A stretch of 64,000 nt of DNA from Macrostomum lignano (Eukaryota): positions 62,001 through 126,000 of the forward strand of contig NIVC01001509.1 in assembly GCA_002269645.1 (NCBI GenBank). The letters run 5' to 3'. Shown piece by piece: positions 26,112-37,200 of the stretch; the stretch's first letter is position 1; each line of letters starts with the position of its first letter. A model generated the notes under the pieces. It had not been told where the DNA came from and made no database searches. It saw only the letters and a program-made list of their open reading frames with translations. The translations under genes were made by a program, and so were the position numbers.

Positions 26112-28436
26112 GACTTGTTCTTTAAGTAATATCCATGCAATAAATAAATGATTATTTTAAATTTTGTGTATATAAAGATGATATAAAAAGCAAAAAATAT
26201 AATTTGAAAACTCTGAGTAAAAAACTATTAAAAATATATAGTTATCGCTACTTGTTAAATTTGCCATATATTCACTTGATTTGATTTATAATAGCTTAGA
26301 TACTTATTAAATATTAAAGCCTAAGACTTATAATCAAAGAAAAAAATATACTCTAGCTAAATTGTAATTATACCATTCTTAGAAGATATAGTAAAGTATT
26401 TAGTATAAGTGGATTTATGTATTACTACTAGTCAATAAAACACGAAATCAATTTATTTTAATTTTTGCATATTTAAGTTTATATTTATGATAAAAATGAC
26501 ATTTTAGAAATCTAATAAATCTTTTTTATTTACTTATGGCTATCCAAAACAAACATACTATATATTAATTGGCAATGTTTAGGCCTACCTTCTATTTAAT
26601 AGTGATATCAGTTTGAATCAAATTAATGAATTTAATGAAATGAAATAAAAATATAAATTATATGAAACTGAAAAGGCGAGGCCTATATAGTTTTTCTATT
26701 AAGATAAACATAAGCATTTATTTCATGTATACTTTGGTTATTCACAAGTAATAAATTCAAACTATAAGACAGAACTGTTGATTCATTAGTAAATATTCTT
26801 CATTTTAACAAAAAGAGCACACAGTATTTGTATATCATAGAATAATAAAAATTACTAATTGTTTAACAAGGCCTTTTCATATTGCTTATTCTGGTTCTAG
26901 AACCAGATCCAATTTGTAAAGTATAACTTTTTGTCTCCTAAACTAGAGGGATATTAGTGCTTTAAAGTTGTGATTATTGAATGGCAATAGCCAAGAAGAA
27001 AGTGAAAAATTGTGCAAAGTGAGGCTGTTAAGGCAGTTAAACATTCAACAAAGTTAAATAGTTATACTGTTTTTTGGAAATCCGAACCGATTCTGGTTCT
27101 GGAATTGGTAATGTGAAAAGCCCTATATATAGTTACCATTTAAAAAATTATAGTAAAACGTGTGCATCGACTTTGTAATTGGCACCTATTCTGGATTTAA
27201 ATAGGTAGATATTAAGTAAGGCTTTTTGTACCAAGAGCAAACGACCAATTTAATACAGTAGTGTAGTTCCTGTAGACAATAATCACGCAATGACAAAACT
27301 CTTTTCGTTGTTTTAAGTCTAAGAACATTGTATATTTTCATTGTTTTTAACTCGCGTTTATAATTCCTAACAGTTAAGAACACCAGAAATTACTTCTAAT
27401 ATATTTCGAAATTAAGATCATAAAGATAGTTATTCATCTTGTTCCTCATGCTTACAAAAGGACCAAGAGGTACTATTTTAAGTTGTTGAGCTTTTCTTAG
27501 ATTTTTCTTGGAAAGTTTAAAATTTTGTAAATTATTACATATTTTAACAAAAACTTCAATGTAAATTAAAAGTCAATACGTAAAAGTAATATATAAACTA
27601 TGTTTTACTGTTTTTAGTTTACGGAGTCATTCACTTTTGAAATTAATTGCTTATTTACAGTTGTTGGGTAATACTTTAAGTATCGATTCTATTGATTCTA
27701 TAGTACTTTCGGAACCAGAGCCAGTTGGATCCCCATATTTGTTTCTTCTCTTCTGGCTTTGTCGATCTAAACCAATGACCTTTTTCGTATTCTCGATTCC
27801 GGTTCAGAACCGAATCTATGTAGTGCATGCAGACTGTATGTCCGATCAATTGGATCGTCCATAAAATTACTCAACGGTTGGATATGGTACAATGTATATA
27901 TAGTATTGGTATAGTTACAGCTGCATGTATCAGTGTACTTGTAACATCAAAATGAACATAAAGCCAGCTCTTAAAATCTATGGTATATGTATACCCTTAG
28001 TGAAACTCAGTACTTTTTCAGACTGCAATTTGTTTTCTAAAAGATGCTTTATGTATTAAACAGGTGTTTAATATACATGTATTGCAAGCATTATGTACAA
28101 CCTGTATACATGGGGACGTCGACAGTGCAAGAGTTGTCGCAAAAAAATGTGCATACAGCGCAGGAGGTTCAAATGAGTGTTACAGCGACAGGTCATGTCC
28201 ATGAAATTCTAAGGACGATAGAATTAAAGCTTGTCTGAGAAATTACTCTAGAGAAAGAATAGGCGCATGAGAAAATTGCGAATTGTGGTTAGTTCTTCAG
28301 TTCCTTCAGTAAGCATTTAAATAATATGAATACCGTAAAATGTATATGAACTCTCCTCTGAATTGGCTGGGACTGGGAGAAACGGGTACTGGACTAACAT
28401 GTATAGATAGGCCAGCAAGTCCGAGTTAATATCCAT

Positions 28437-28697
28437 TGTAATCCCGTTAGACCGTCCCTAAACGATCGCACATACCATGCATATGCCATGTGAGAAATGA
28501 CAATAAACAACTAAATTATTATTTATTTAAATGATGTAATAGTAATGATAACAAATCACTAATGTTACACGCGTTTATTTAACATTTATTCATACATGTA
28601 AAATGTGAAAAACACGTTTCTGAATGCAGAATACGATTAAACGCAAGTCATGCAAAGATTTTAGAATGGACACGCATTTAGACAATGTAGAAACTTT
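28437..28697 (+). repeat. Left arm of a ~261 bp inverted repeat (partner 32370-32631)
   Basis: tgtaatcccgttagaccgtccc...gacaatgtagaaacttt is the reverse complement of 32370-32631, with about 9 differences, all in the AT-rich middle part. Confidence 0.96.
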
Positions 28698-28699
28698 CT

Positions 28700-28925
28700 G
28701 ACAGTCACTATCTGACTGTCACTATCTGACTGCCATTACCTGACTGTCATTATCTGACTGCCACTATCTGACTGTCACTATCTGACTGTCACTATCTGAC
28801 TGCCACTATCTGACTGTCACTATCTGACTGTCACTATCTGACTCTCACTTTCTGACTGTCATATCTGACTGTCACTATCTGACAGTCACTATCTGACTGT
28901 CACTATCTGACTGTCATTATCTGAC
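28700..28925. repeat. 14 bp minisatellite (tgtcactatctgac); resumes at ~29360-29402 after an interruption
   Basis: Direct tandem periodicity. Confidence 0.9.
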
Positions 28926-29586
28926 CCCCCCAGTTCGCTACATCAGGTAACCAGTGTTGAGCACCAGTCCGTTAATAAGCGTTAAGATTTTTCATTAACG
29001 TTAAAGGACTGTCGTTAAGATTTTTTGCAGTAACGGATTAACGAATTTGCGTTAATAATTTTGTGAGTTACCGACAAATTCATCGTTAACGTTAATGACA
29101 ATGTCAATGACGAAAGACGCAAAGAAAGAACAAAAATATGTCTGACGGGAAGTTACAACAGTGAGAATGTATTCGAATTTACCTAAATGCCTAATTAATC
29201 TCTTTATTTATCAAGATGATCATGCAAATGCAACAACTCCGTATTTTCTGTGTTAACTTTACCGGATTAACGCTTATTATCGATTATCAGTTAACTTTTA
29301 GTTAACTTAACGAAATTAACACATAAGTTAAGATTTCTTCGTTTTAACGCTAACGCTTTTGCCATTATCTGACTGTCATAATATGACTGTCATTATCTGA
29401 TTGTCGATTCAACGCAGAGAGAACTATCAATTAAGGATTGGTAGATTCATCATCCCGATGAGGCGAGGAGGCTATTGGCTCTTGGTCGATACAAAATGGG
29501 CCATATTACTTCCGTTACCGTATTGCCTACTGACACAAATGTGGCGGTAGCGAAGTATAAATTGAAGTTGAGTGCTCTCGGTAATT

Positions 29587-29706
29587 GGCAACGGCCATAC
29601 CACGTTGAAAACACCGGTTCTCGTCTGATCACCGAAGTTAAGCAACGTTGGGTTTGGTTAGTACTTGGATGGGTGACCGCCTGGGAATACCAAATGCTGT
29701 TGTCTT
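29587..29706 (+). rRNA. 5S rRNA gene, single copy
   Basis: GGCAACGGCCATACCACGTTGAAAACACCGGTTCTCGTCTGATCACCGAAGTTAAGCAACG...GGATGGGTGACCGCCTGGGAATACCAAATGCTGTTGTCTT. Terminal helix pairs; TTTGG/CCAAA stem is complementary; T-run terminator at 29705-29710; TATAAA at 29556-29561 (about -30). Confidence 0.96.
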
Positions 29707-30101
29707 TTTTGCCATTTCGTTTTGTGCACTTAAGCACTTAACTAAAAAATTATATTAAAATGACTAACTGTTTGTATTTTCTTTTTGTTTCACTATAGAA
29801 GATTGAGTCGGCTTTAAAACATAGCACTTTTCTAACTTTTATTTTGTGCTTGCAATGCTTGTTCTTGCAATTATTTTCTATACATATCGCCGATTTCCAG
29901 AATCAGTTAATCTGAATAACAAAATTAATTATTTGCTACCAAAACGATCGTTAATATTCGTTAACCCCATTTTCCACAGGATTTCTTGATTCATTCAACA
30001 TTGTAAATATGTTTGTAAGAATATTAGACTACAGGTTTGTTACTTTCTACTTAAAGTAGGCGAAATAGACGCAGACGGTAAAATTTGTCAAGCAATTCTT
30101 T

Positions 30102-30121
30102 TTTCGAGAAATTTCCAGAAC
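30102..30121 (+). promoter_or_regulatory. Distal heat shock element, 4 perfect units
   Basis: tTTCgaGAAatTTCcaGAAc, an alternating nTTCn/nGAAn HSF site. Confidence 0.9.
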
Positions 30122-30163
30122 GAGCTAAAAATAGCTCGCGGCGCATTCGCGGAGGATGGTGCG

Positions 30164-30178
30164 GGAAACTTCTAGAAA
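30164..30178 (+). promoter_or_regulatory. Proximal heat shock element, 3 perfect units
   Basis: gGAAacTTCtaGAAa, ~12 bp upstream of the TATA box. Confidence 0.9.
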
Positions 30179-30190
30179 CGGGCCGGAGTC

Positions 30191-30198
30191 TATAAAAG
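30191..30198 (+). promoter_or_regulatory. Hsp70 TATA box
   Basis: TATAAAAG between the HSEs and the ATG at 30355. Confidence 0.85.
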
Positions 30199-30354
30199 AG
30201 AAGCACCCGGCCCAGAATTGGAGGCAAGAATTGAAATCGGATCGCAAGGCGAACGAAACGAACAGCAAAGCCAAGCAAGCCATCAAGGCAACTGACGCAT
30301 CAGCCTACGCTACTACTCGTATATCAAGCAAGTGCGAATTAATCGATCGACAAC

Positions 30355-32271
30355 ATGGGTAAGAGCAACAACGGACCTGCAATCGGCATTGACCTGGGCA
30401 CCACGTACTCGTGCGTTGGCGTGTTCCAGGCAGGCAAAGTGGAGATCATTGCCAATGACCAGGGCAACCGAACCACTCCCAGCTACGTGGCCTTCACGGA
30501 CACGGAGAGGCTGGTAGGCGACGCTGCAAAGAACCAGGTGGCGATGAATCCGGACAACACGGTGTTTGACGCGAAGCGTCTGATCGGACGAAAGTTCGGA
30601 GACGAGACGGTGCAGAGGGACATGAAGCTGTGGCCATTCAAGGTGACGAACGACGGAGGCCGACCCAAGATTGAGGTGCAGTACATGGGCGAGAGGCGCA
30701 GCTTCTACCCGGAGGAGATCTCCGCCATGGTTCTCACCAAGATGAAGGAGACGGCGGAGGCCTACCTCGGCGAGAAGGTGTCTGACGCGGTGATCACAGT
30801 GCCGGCCTACTTCAACGACAGTCAGCGACAGGCAACGAAGGATGCCGGGGCGATTGCCGGACTGAACGTGCTGCGCATCGTGAACGAGCCGACTGCTGCG
30901 GCACTGGCCTACGGTCTGGACAAGAACCTGCAGGGTGAGAAGAACATTCTCATCTTTGACCTGGGAGGCGGCACGTTCGACGTGTCCATCCTGACAGTGT
31001 CGGAGGGCAGCATGTTCGAGGTGCGCGCAACCGCCGGCGACACCCACCTCGGCGGCGAGGACTTTGATCATCGTCTGGTTGAGCACCTGATGCAAGAGTT
31101 CAAGCGCAAGTACCGCAAGGACATGAGCGGCAACGCTCGGGCTGTGAGACGCCTTCGGACTGCGGCTGAGCGAGCGAAGCGAACGCTGAGCAGCTCGGCA
31201 CAGGCGAGCATCGAGATTGACTCGCTGTTCGAGGGCATCGACTTTTACACGAGCGTCACCAGGGCTCGATTCGAGGAGCTGTGCGCCGACCTGTTTCGCC
31301 AGACGATGGAGCCGGTGGAGCGAGCGCTGAGAGACGCCAAGATGGACAAGAGCAACATCAACGAGATCGTGCTGGTTGGCGGATCAACCCGGATCCCGAG
31401 GGTGCAGAAGTTGCTGCAAGAATTCATGGGCGGTCGGACGCTGAACAAGTCGATCAACCCGGACGAGGCGGTCGCCTACGGAGCTGCCGTGCAGGCTGCG
31501 GTGCTGACTGGCGTGAAGGACGACAAGATCGACGACCTGCTGCTGCTGGATGTGGCGCCGCTGTCTCTCGGCATCGAGACCGCCGGCGGGGTGATGACCA
31601 AGATTGTCGAGCGGAACAGCCGCATCCCGACCAAGGCGACGCAGACGTTCACCACCTACTCGGACAACCAGAGCGGCGTCACGGTGCAGGTGTTCGAGGG
31701 CGAGCGAGCGCTCACCAGAGACAACCACCTGCTGGGCCGGTTCAACCTGGACGGCATCCCGCCAGCGCCGCGCGGAGTCCCTCAGATCGAGGTGACCTTC
31801 GACGTTGACGCCAACGGAATCCTGGTGGTGTCGGCGAAAGACAAGAGCACCAGCAAGGAGGAGAAGATCACGATCACGAACGACAAGGGCCGCCTCTCGA
31901 AGGACGAGATCGACAGGATGGTGCGGGATGCGGAGAAGTTCCGCGAGGAGGACGAGCGGCACCGCGAGCGCCTGGCGGCCCGCAACCAACTCGAGTCGCT
32001 CGCCTTCCAGTACAAGCAGGCTGCCAACGACTGCAAGGACAAGCTGGGCGAGAAGGACTCCGCCGAGGTGGTGGCCGCCTGCGAGCAAGTGATTTCCTGG
32101 CTGGAAAACAACCAGACTGCCGAGAAGGACGAGATCGCCCACCAGCAGCAGCAACTCAGCAGCCGCTGCTCGCCAATCATGGCCAAGCTTCATCAGCAGC
32201 AGCAGCAGTCTGGTCAGCCTCAGCCTGGACATCAGCGAGCTGGAGGACCCACCGTTGAGGAGGTCGACTGA
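30355..32271 (+). CDS. hsp70: Heat-inducible cytosolic Hsp70, intronless, 638 aa
   Basis: [25 protein letters not shown] and [11 protein letters not shown] signatures; C-terminal GPTVEEVD; HSE and TATA promoter. Confidence 0.99.
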   Translation: MGKSNNGPAIGIDLGTTYSCVGVFQAGKVEIIANDQGNRTTPSYVAFTDTERLVGDAAKNQVAMNPDNTVFDAKRLIGRKFGDETVQRDMKLWPFKVTNDGGRPKIEVQYMGERRSFYPEEISAMVLTKMKETAEAYLGEKVSDAVITVPAYFNDSQRQATKDAGAIAGLNVLRIVNEPTAAALAYGLDKNLQGEKNILIFDLGGGTFDVSILTVSEGSMFEVRATAGDTHLGGEDFDHRLVEHLMQEFKRKYRKDMSGNARAVRRLRTAAERAKRTLSSSAQASIEIDSLFEGIDFYTSVTRARFEELCADLFRQTMEPVERALRDAKMDKSNINEIVLVGGSTRIPRVQKLLQEFMGGRTLNKSINPDEAVAYGAAVQAAVLTGVKDDKIDDLLLLDVAPLSLGIETAGGVMTKIVERNSRIPTKATQTFTTYSDNQSGVTVQVFEGERALTRDNHLLGRFNLDGIPPAPRGVPQIEVTFDVDANGILVVSAKDKSTSKEEKITITNDKGRLSKDEIDRMVRDAEKFREEDERHRERLAARNQLESLAFQYKQAANDCKDKLGEKDSAEVVAACEQVISWLENNQTAEKDEIAHQQQQLSSRCSPIMAKLHQQQQQSGQPQPGHQRAGGPTVEEVD

Positions 32272-32369
32272 GCATCATGTGCACATTCTTCAAGGACTGA
32301 GTCTCTTGAATAACCTTTGTACAAAGTATACATTTGCAATTTCATGTATCATCGATCGAGCTAGTTGTA

Positions 32370-32631
32370 AAAGTTTCTACATTGTCTAAATGCGTGTCCA
32401 TTCTAAAATCTTTGCATGACTTGCGTTTAATCGTATTCTGCATTCAGAAACGTGTTTTTCACATTTTACATGTATGAATAAATGTTAAATAAACGCGTTT
32501 AACATTAGTGATTTTTTATCATTTACTATTACATTATTCAACCAAATATTAATTTAGTTGTTTATTGTCATTACTCACATGGCATATGCATGGTATGTGC
32601 GATCGTTTAGGGACGGTCTAACGGGATTACA
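32370..32631 (-). repeat. Right arm of the inverted repeat; lies between the convergent Hsp70 and CENP-V-like stop codons
   Basis: Reverse complement of 28437-28697; contains AATAAA on both strands. Confidence 0.96.
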
Positions 32632-32716
32632 TGGCTTAGACAAATAGCTTCTTGCCTATCCCCATTTCCCCGTATTCCCATCGCAGTACAAGCTAGGTGT
32701 AAAGCTTCGACTAAAG

Positions 32717-33202
32717 CTACTTGGACCGATTGGACAGGTTCTCTCCGATTGTCTCCATCGACTGTTCCCAGTTCTGGCCGTCGAAGTGCTCCCAGACTAA
32801 CTGGCTGACGGTGTCCGGCCGCAGGCAGTGCACATTGATGCCGTAGCCGTCCGGATTGGATCTGGGCGTGTAGAAACTCTGCACTCCGCACCTGGCGCAG
32901 AACGTGTGCTTGGCTGCGTGCGTGTTGAAGGTGTAAGTTGTTAAACAGTCGGAGCCCGTCAGCAGGGTGAAGTGGCTGGCTGGCACAATGAAATGATCAT
33001 TGCCTTTCATGCTGCATACTGAGCAGGAGCATTTGATGACATTGATCACTGCCGGTGCCCTTACTGTGAAGGTCACGGCACCGCAGTGGCAGCCGCCGTG
33101 ATGAGTCACCAGCTCGGTCTTGTCCTTGTTGACGGGATGAGGCGGTTGGGAACAGCGGAATTTATAGCTGCTGTACACTACTTTAATGAGGTTGTCATGC
33201 AC
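32717..33202 (-). CDS. CENPV: CENP-V-like / GFA (glutathione-dependent formaldehyde-activating) family protein
   Basis: HHGGCHCGAVTF, KCSCSVCSMKGNDHFIVP, HTFCARCGVQSFYTPRSNPDGYGINVHCL. The exact start codon is uncertain. Confidence 0.9.
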   Translation of the reverse strand: MHDNLIKVVYSSYKFRCSQPPHPVNKDKTELVTHHGGCHCGAVTFTVRAPAVINVIKCSCSVCSMKGNDHFIVPASHFTLLTGSDCLTTYTFNTHAAKHTFCARCGVQSFYTPRSNPDGYGINVHCLRPDTVSQLVWEHFDGQNWEQSMETIGENLSNRSK

Positions 33203-33217
33203 TGTAGTATTAATGCA

Positions 33218-33522
33218 GTGGACAGCTACCCTACCTTCTAGTCGATTCGGTGGACAGCTACCCTACCTTCTAGTCGATTCGGTGGACAGCTACCCTACCT
33301 TCTAGTCGATTCGGTGGACAGCTACCCTACCTTCTAGTCGATTCGGTGGACAGCTACCCTACCTTCTAGTCGATTCGGTGGACAGCTACCCTACCTTCTA
33401 GTCGATTCGGTGGAAAGCTACCCTACCTTCTAGTCAATGCGGTGGACAGCTACCCTACCTTCTAGTCAATGCTGTGGACAGCTACCCTACCTTCTAGTCA
33501 ATGCTGTGGACAGCTACCCTCC
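33218..33522. repeat. 32 bp minisatellite (gtggacagctaccctaccttctagtcgattcg) directly upstream of the CENP-V-like ATG
   Basis: Period 32 (33221 to 33253), about 9 copies. Confidence 0.93.
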
Positions 33523-34200
33523 TACATTGTTGCCTTTGAAATAAAAGAAGATTTAATTAAACAAAACCTGTTGTTTAACAAATTAGTTCACAGTGTACTG
33601 CAATTCAAAATAGTTTCGGTCGTGTAATTTAATGTAAGAGTCTATAAGTGGCTAAGTAATGTACAATGAAAGCAAACTTGATAAATAAACAATTAAAATA
33701 GAAGGCTTATTTAAAAAAACAGTGGTCACTTTAGCAGAGACTCATCATACTGATGAGTCAGGATGGAAAAAGAATGAAACAAATGATTTTTTGGCTAAAA
33801 ATATGTTCCTCGTTAGTGTCAGTGAGGATCAGCTGATTGTAAAAGGATTGGTAAAACCTAATAAAATGTAGTTTAGCAGCCAGTAAACATCAGCACTATC
33901 CTTTGAGTAGTAAATATGGCCATGATTAATTGATGCTAAACACCTTACTACTGTTCAGTAGTATAAAACGCAAACAATTAGCAAACACAACAGAAAGATG
34001 TTGTTTGAAAAATGGCACAAAAACCCCATAATTTTTAGTCATTATCGAATCAATAGTTGAAAGACATTTACGGGATAATTTCAGCAATACAAGGAAAAAG
34101 TGGGAATTCCACCGCTTTAAAAGGCAGCGACCTATTATTTCTTAGAAATGAGATTGGTTGATAACACTAGAAGCAGCAGCAGAAGGCCGCACTGCAGCCT

Positions 34201-37200
34201 CTAGCTCCTGGCAGTTGGCCGATCCAATGAAATCGAAGCGGCTCGCGGTCTCTGCAGCTGCGGCCGCTCCGCTGAGCACATTTCGCACTCAAGCAGGTCC
34301 GGGTGGTTAGCGAATGTGCAGCACTGACAGTGCCACGGCGGCAGCGACGGCGCCGGGGCAGCCTCCTGCGGCACCGACGATGGCCGGAACAGCAGGATCG
34401 GAGGCGGGGCACCTGAAGAATAGATTTTCCATGTGAAATTTATGCTAGCAGTGCCAGTAGCTTATTGTTGTCATGTCAGCAGTCGCATTGGGACGCGGGC
34501 CGTAGCCCAGTGGTCCAGCGCGGCGCTCTGATGTGCCAGCGGCCCAGGCTCGATTCCCAGTGCAGTCACATTAATTTGGGGCTGAATTTGAATCTCGGCT
34601 TGGCTCTGCTCGTGCAATTAACACCCTTGAGGGCCAACCCCCAAGGCGTAGTGAAGTGTACATGCCTAACGATAAAAAAAATTAGGGCCGCTGTACACTC
34701 CTGTGTGAGTGTGTGCCTGCGTACGTATCCGCGCGCTCGTATGCCTGCTCAGGGGAGTCGGCGGAATGGGCAGTAATGCCTCTCGCCGGTTGTGTGCCTA
34801 TGTCGCTTAAAATGCGCCAGGGACACACAACCCCCCTGCCTCTAATAAAAAAAATAGGATAACAATTTCTAATATACTCGCTCTGAAAATTGCTCACTGG
34901 GCCATAGAGTGGCGACTTTTCAATGTTGCTGAGTATAGTTGACTGTTCTGTTTTATACAACACTCAAAGCTCACCGGCGGCCCCACTGGGAGCTGGCAGG
35001 AGCGAAACGGACACTCGCTGATGCCGCGGCGCCTGTCCAGAATCTGCGCTGCCGCTCCCACCGCCGCCAGAGTTGCAACCGAATTTTGGACGACGTCGCG
35101 TAACGGCCGAGCTTGGAGCCAGCGTGTGTTGTTGCTGCTGCTGCCAATCGCCTCTCGAACTGTTAAGAGTCGCCCATTGGCGATTCAGTTGACGAATATC
35201 GTTTAATAGGGTGTCGCGAGCCAGCTCGAAGATTACGGAGCTGGCCGCGCCTTGCGATACGCCGTTCTGCGTAGCCGAGACGTGCATCGGCAGCAGCAGC
35301 GCCAGCATCTCCCGTCGGGCGGTCACGGCCCGCCAGGCAAGCGTCAGGCTGTTGGACGATGTCGACCGGGCGCTAGCAATGCGATTCAGGCTGTGGCGCT
35401 GCACGGCTACTGGAAGGTTCAAAATTGGCGCGAAATGCCTTGCCGTCCCGAAGCTGAACCAGTTTTAGCAACTAAGGGTAGCTGGTTCAGGGCGGAGCAG
35501 CTCAGCGGTGAACGCGTCTGCCTCTCGCGGCGGTCACATTAATTCAGAGCTTTGTTCGCGAAAATTGACCAAAGCCAAAGGGCTTGTCGTGCAAGTCAAC
35601 ACCCATGATAGCAACCCCAAGCCCTGTGTGAGCGTGTGAATGAAGTGCTTGTGGGAAGATGTCTTCAAGACCCGTCATCTCACCGTGGTGATCCACGTCA
35701 GACATTTGTCCAACAGGCTGCACTGCCGCAGCAGCAGATCCGTTTGTTGCAGTCGCCTCCGCAGCTGCTGGCGCTGCCGCTGCTGTTGGCGACAACTGCC
35801 GACTGCTGCCGCCGCGGTTGCCACCGCCCAGCTTGGGCCAGCGCCATTTGAAACGGCGCTTCGGTTTGGCCTGCTGCCGCCCTCTCAGCTGGTTTAGGGC
35901 CTCGCGGCACCGGCTCAGGGAAAATTCGTGCTGCGGTATCGAAGCGCGACGGTGGAGAATGAAATAGAGATTAGAGATATTGCTTTGAAATGAGTCAAAA
36001 TGAACTTCTGACATCTACGTACTGCACAGACAAATTGCTGCTCAAACAATAATAGGCCTAAGACAGGTGAATCCAGCAACTGGAGTCCTAGCTGACACAG
36101 GTGAATCCAACAACTGGAGTCCTAGCTGACACAGGTGAATCCAACAACTGGAGTCCTAGCTGACACAGGTGAATACAGCAACTGGAGTCCTAGCTGACAC
36201 AGGTGAATACAGCAACTGGAGTCCTAGCTGACACAGGTGAATACAGCAACTGGAGTCCTAGCTGACACAGGTGAATACAGCAACTGGAGTCCTAGCTGAC
36301 ACAGGTGAATACAGCAACTGGAGTCCTAGCTGACACAGGTGAATACAGCAACTGGAGTCCTAGCTGACACAGGTGAATACAGCAACTGGAGTCCTAGCTG
36401 ACACAGGTGAATACAGCAACTGGAGTCCTAGCTGACACAGGTGAATACAGCAACTGGAGTCCTAGCTGACACAGGTGAATACAGCAACTGGAGTCCTAGC
36501 TGACACAGGTGAATACAGCAACTGGAGTCCTAGCTGACACAGGTGAATCCAGCAACTGGAGTCCTAGCTGACACAGGTGAATACAGCAACTGGAGTCCTA
36601 GCTGACACAGGTGAATCCAGCAACTGGAGTCCTAGCTGACACAGGTGAATCCAGCAACTGGGCCACGAAAGAGTATAAAAAGCTCAAGTGCACCTGCACT
36701 CATCAACCTTGCTTGCAGAACTCTTACATGTACTAGCTTAATACATGCGAGAAGCCAAAAGATAAGAAATACCAAAGACGCTAACAAAAGTAGTAGCTAA
36801 AGGAGAAAAATTTCTTCGAAGGTTTTGTGCATACGAGTACGATTGTAATTTTTTTCAACTTCAGCACCACTTATTACCGCTGGACTATATGCGCCTAACT
36901 ACATTGGCTTTGGCAGCAAGCGGGAGGTAGCTAATCTCTTCGCTTCATCGTAAAGGAAGGTCGCCTATAGCAGACAAGCTAACTGCAAACTAACAGGTTC
37001 GGTTACGGGGGGGGGCAGGTAAGCTGATCTTGTCGCAGCCCCTTGCACACGGGGCACAAGGCATAGTATAGGCTGCTAGGGCTCTATTTCTGCCAAATTC
37101 GAGACAAAATTAACTATATTAATAATTGCTGTAAACTCTGCTTCAGCCGGCGGAATTTCCTTAGAGTTTCTTAGACTCCTGAGAATTAATTTGTTAATTT

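Noticed and set aside
26891-26906. Perfect palindrome CTGGTTCTAGAACCAG containing a 2-unit HSE upstream of VPS13D
   Set aside because: Two units are below the usual three needed for HSF trimer binding. Similar GGTTC/GAACC motifs at 27085-27815 suggest a decayed repeat.
29450-29741. ORFs on both strands overlapping the 5S gene
   Set aside because: They are incidental frames over a structural RNA gene with no protein similarity recognised.
29400-29900. Spliced-leader RNA or snRNA linked to the 5S gene
   Set aside because: No recognisable SL exon with donor and Sm site was seen. A covariance-model (Infernal/Rfam) search would settle it.
28952-30003. Possible TIR pair CAGTGTTGA / TCAACATTG enclosing the 5S gene
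   Set aside because: Only 8 of 9 bp match, similarity does not extend inward, and there is no TSD.
28698-30050. Remnant of a second, leftward Hsp70 copy
   Set aside because: I found no Hsp70 coding sequence on the minus strand between the left arm and the promoter.
30313-32232. Long antisense ORFs opposite Hsp70 (260 and 282 aa)
   Set aside because: Antisense ORFs are a known by-product of Hsp70 codon usage, historically mis-annotated as NAD-glutamate dehydrogenase. There is no independent evidence here.
28425-32645. Target-site duplication around the Hsp70-5S block
   Set aside because: The flanks (gttaatatccat / tggcttagacaa) share no direct repeat, so the block is not called a transposon.
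34497-34570. tRNA gene
   Set aside because: A and B boxes are present, but there is no convincing acceptor stem or T-run terminator, and the sequence continues into a repeat body with an A-tail; treated as a SINE head.
36062-36660. CRISPR-like 34-bp repeat (also the 59-bp array at 51665-52270 and the 32-bp array at 33218-33522)
   Set aside because: Units are head-to-tail with no unique spacers, there are no cas genes, and the context is eukaryotic.
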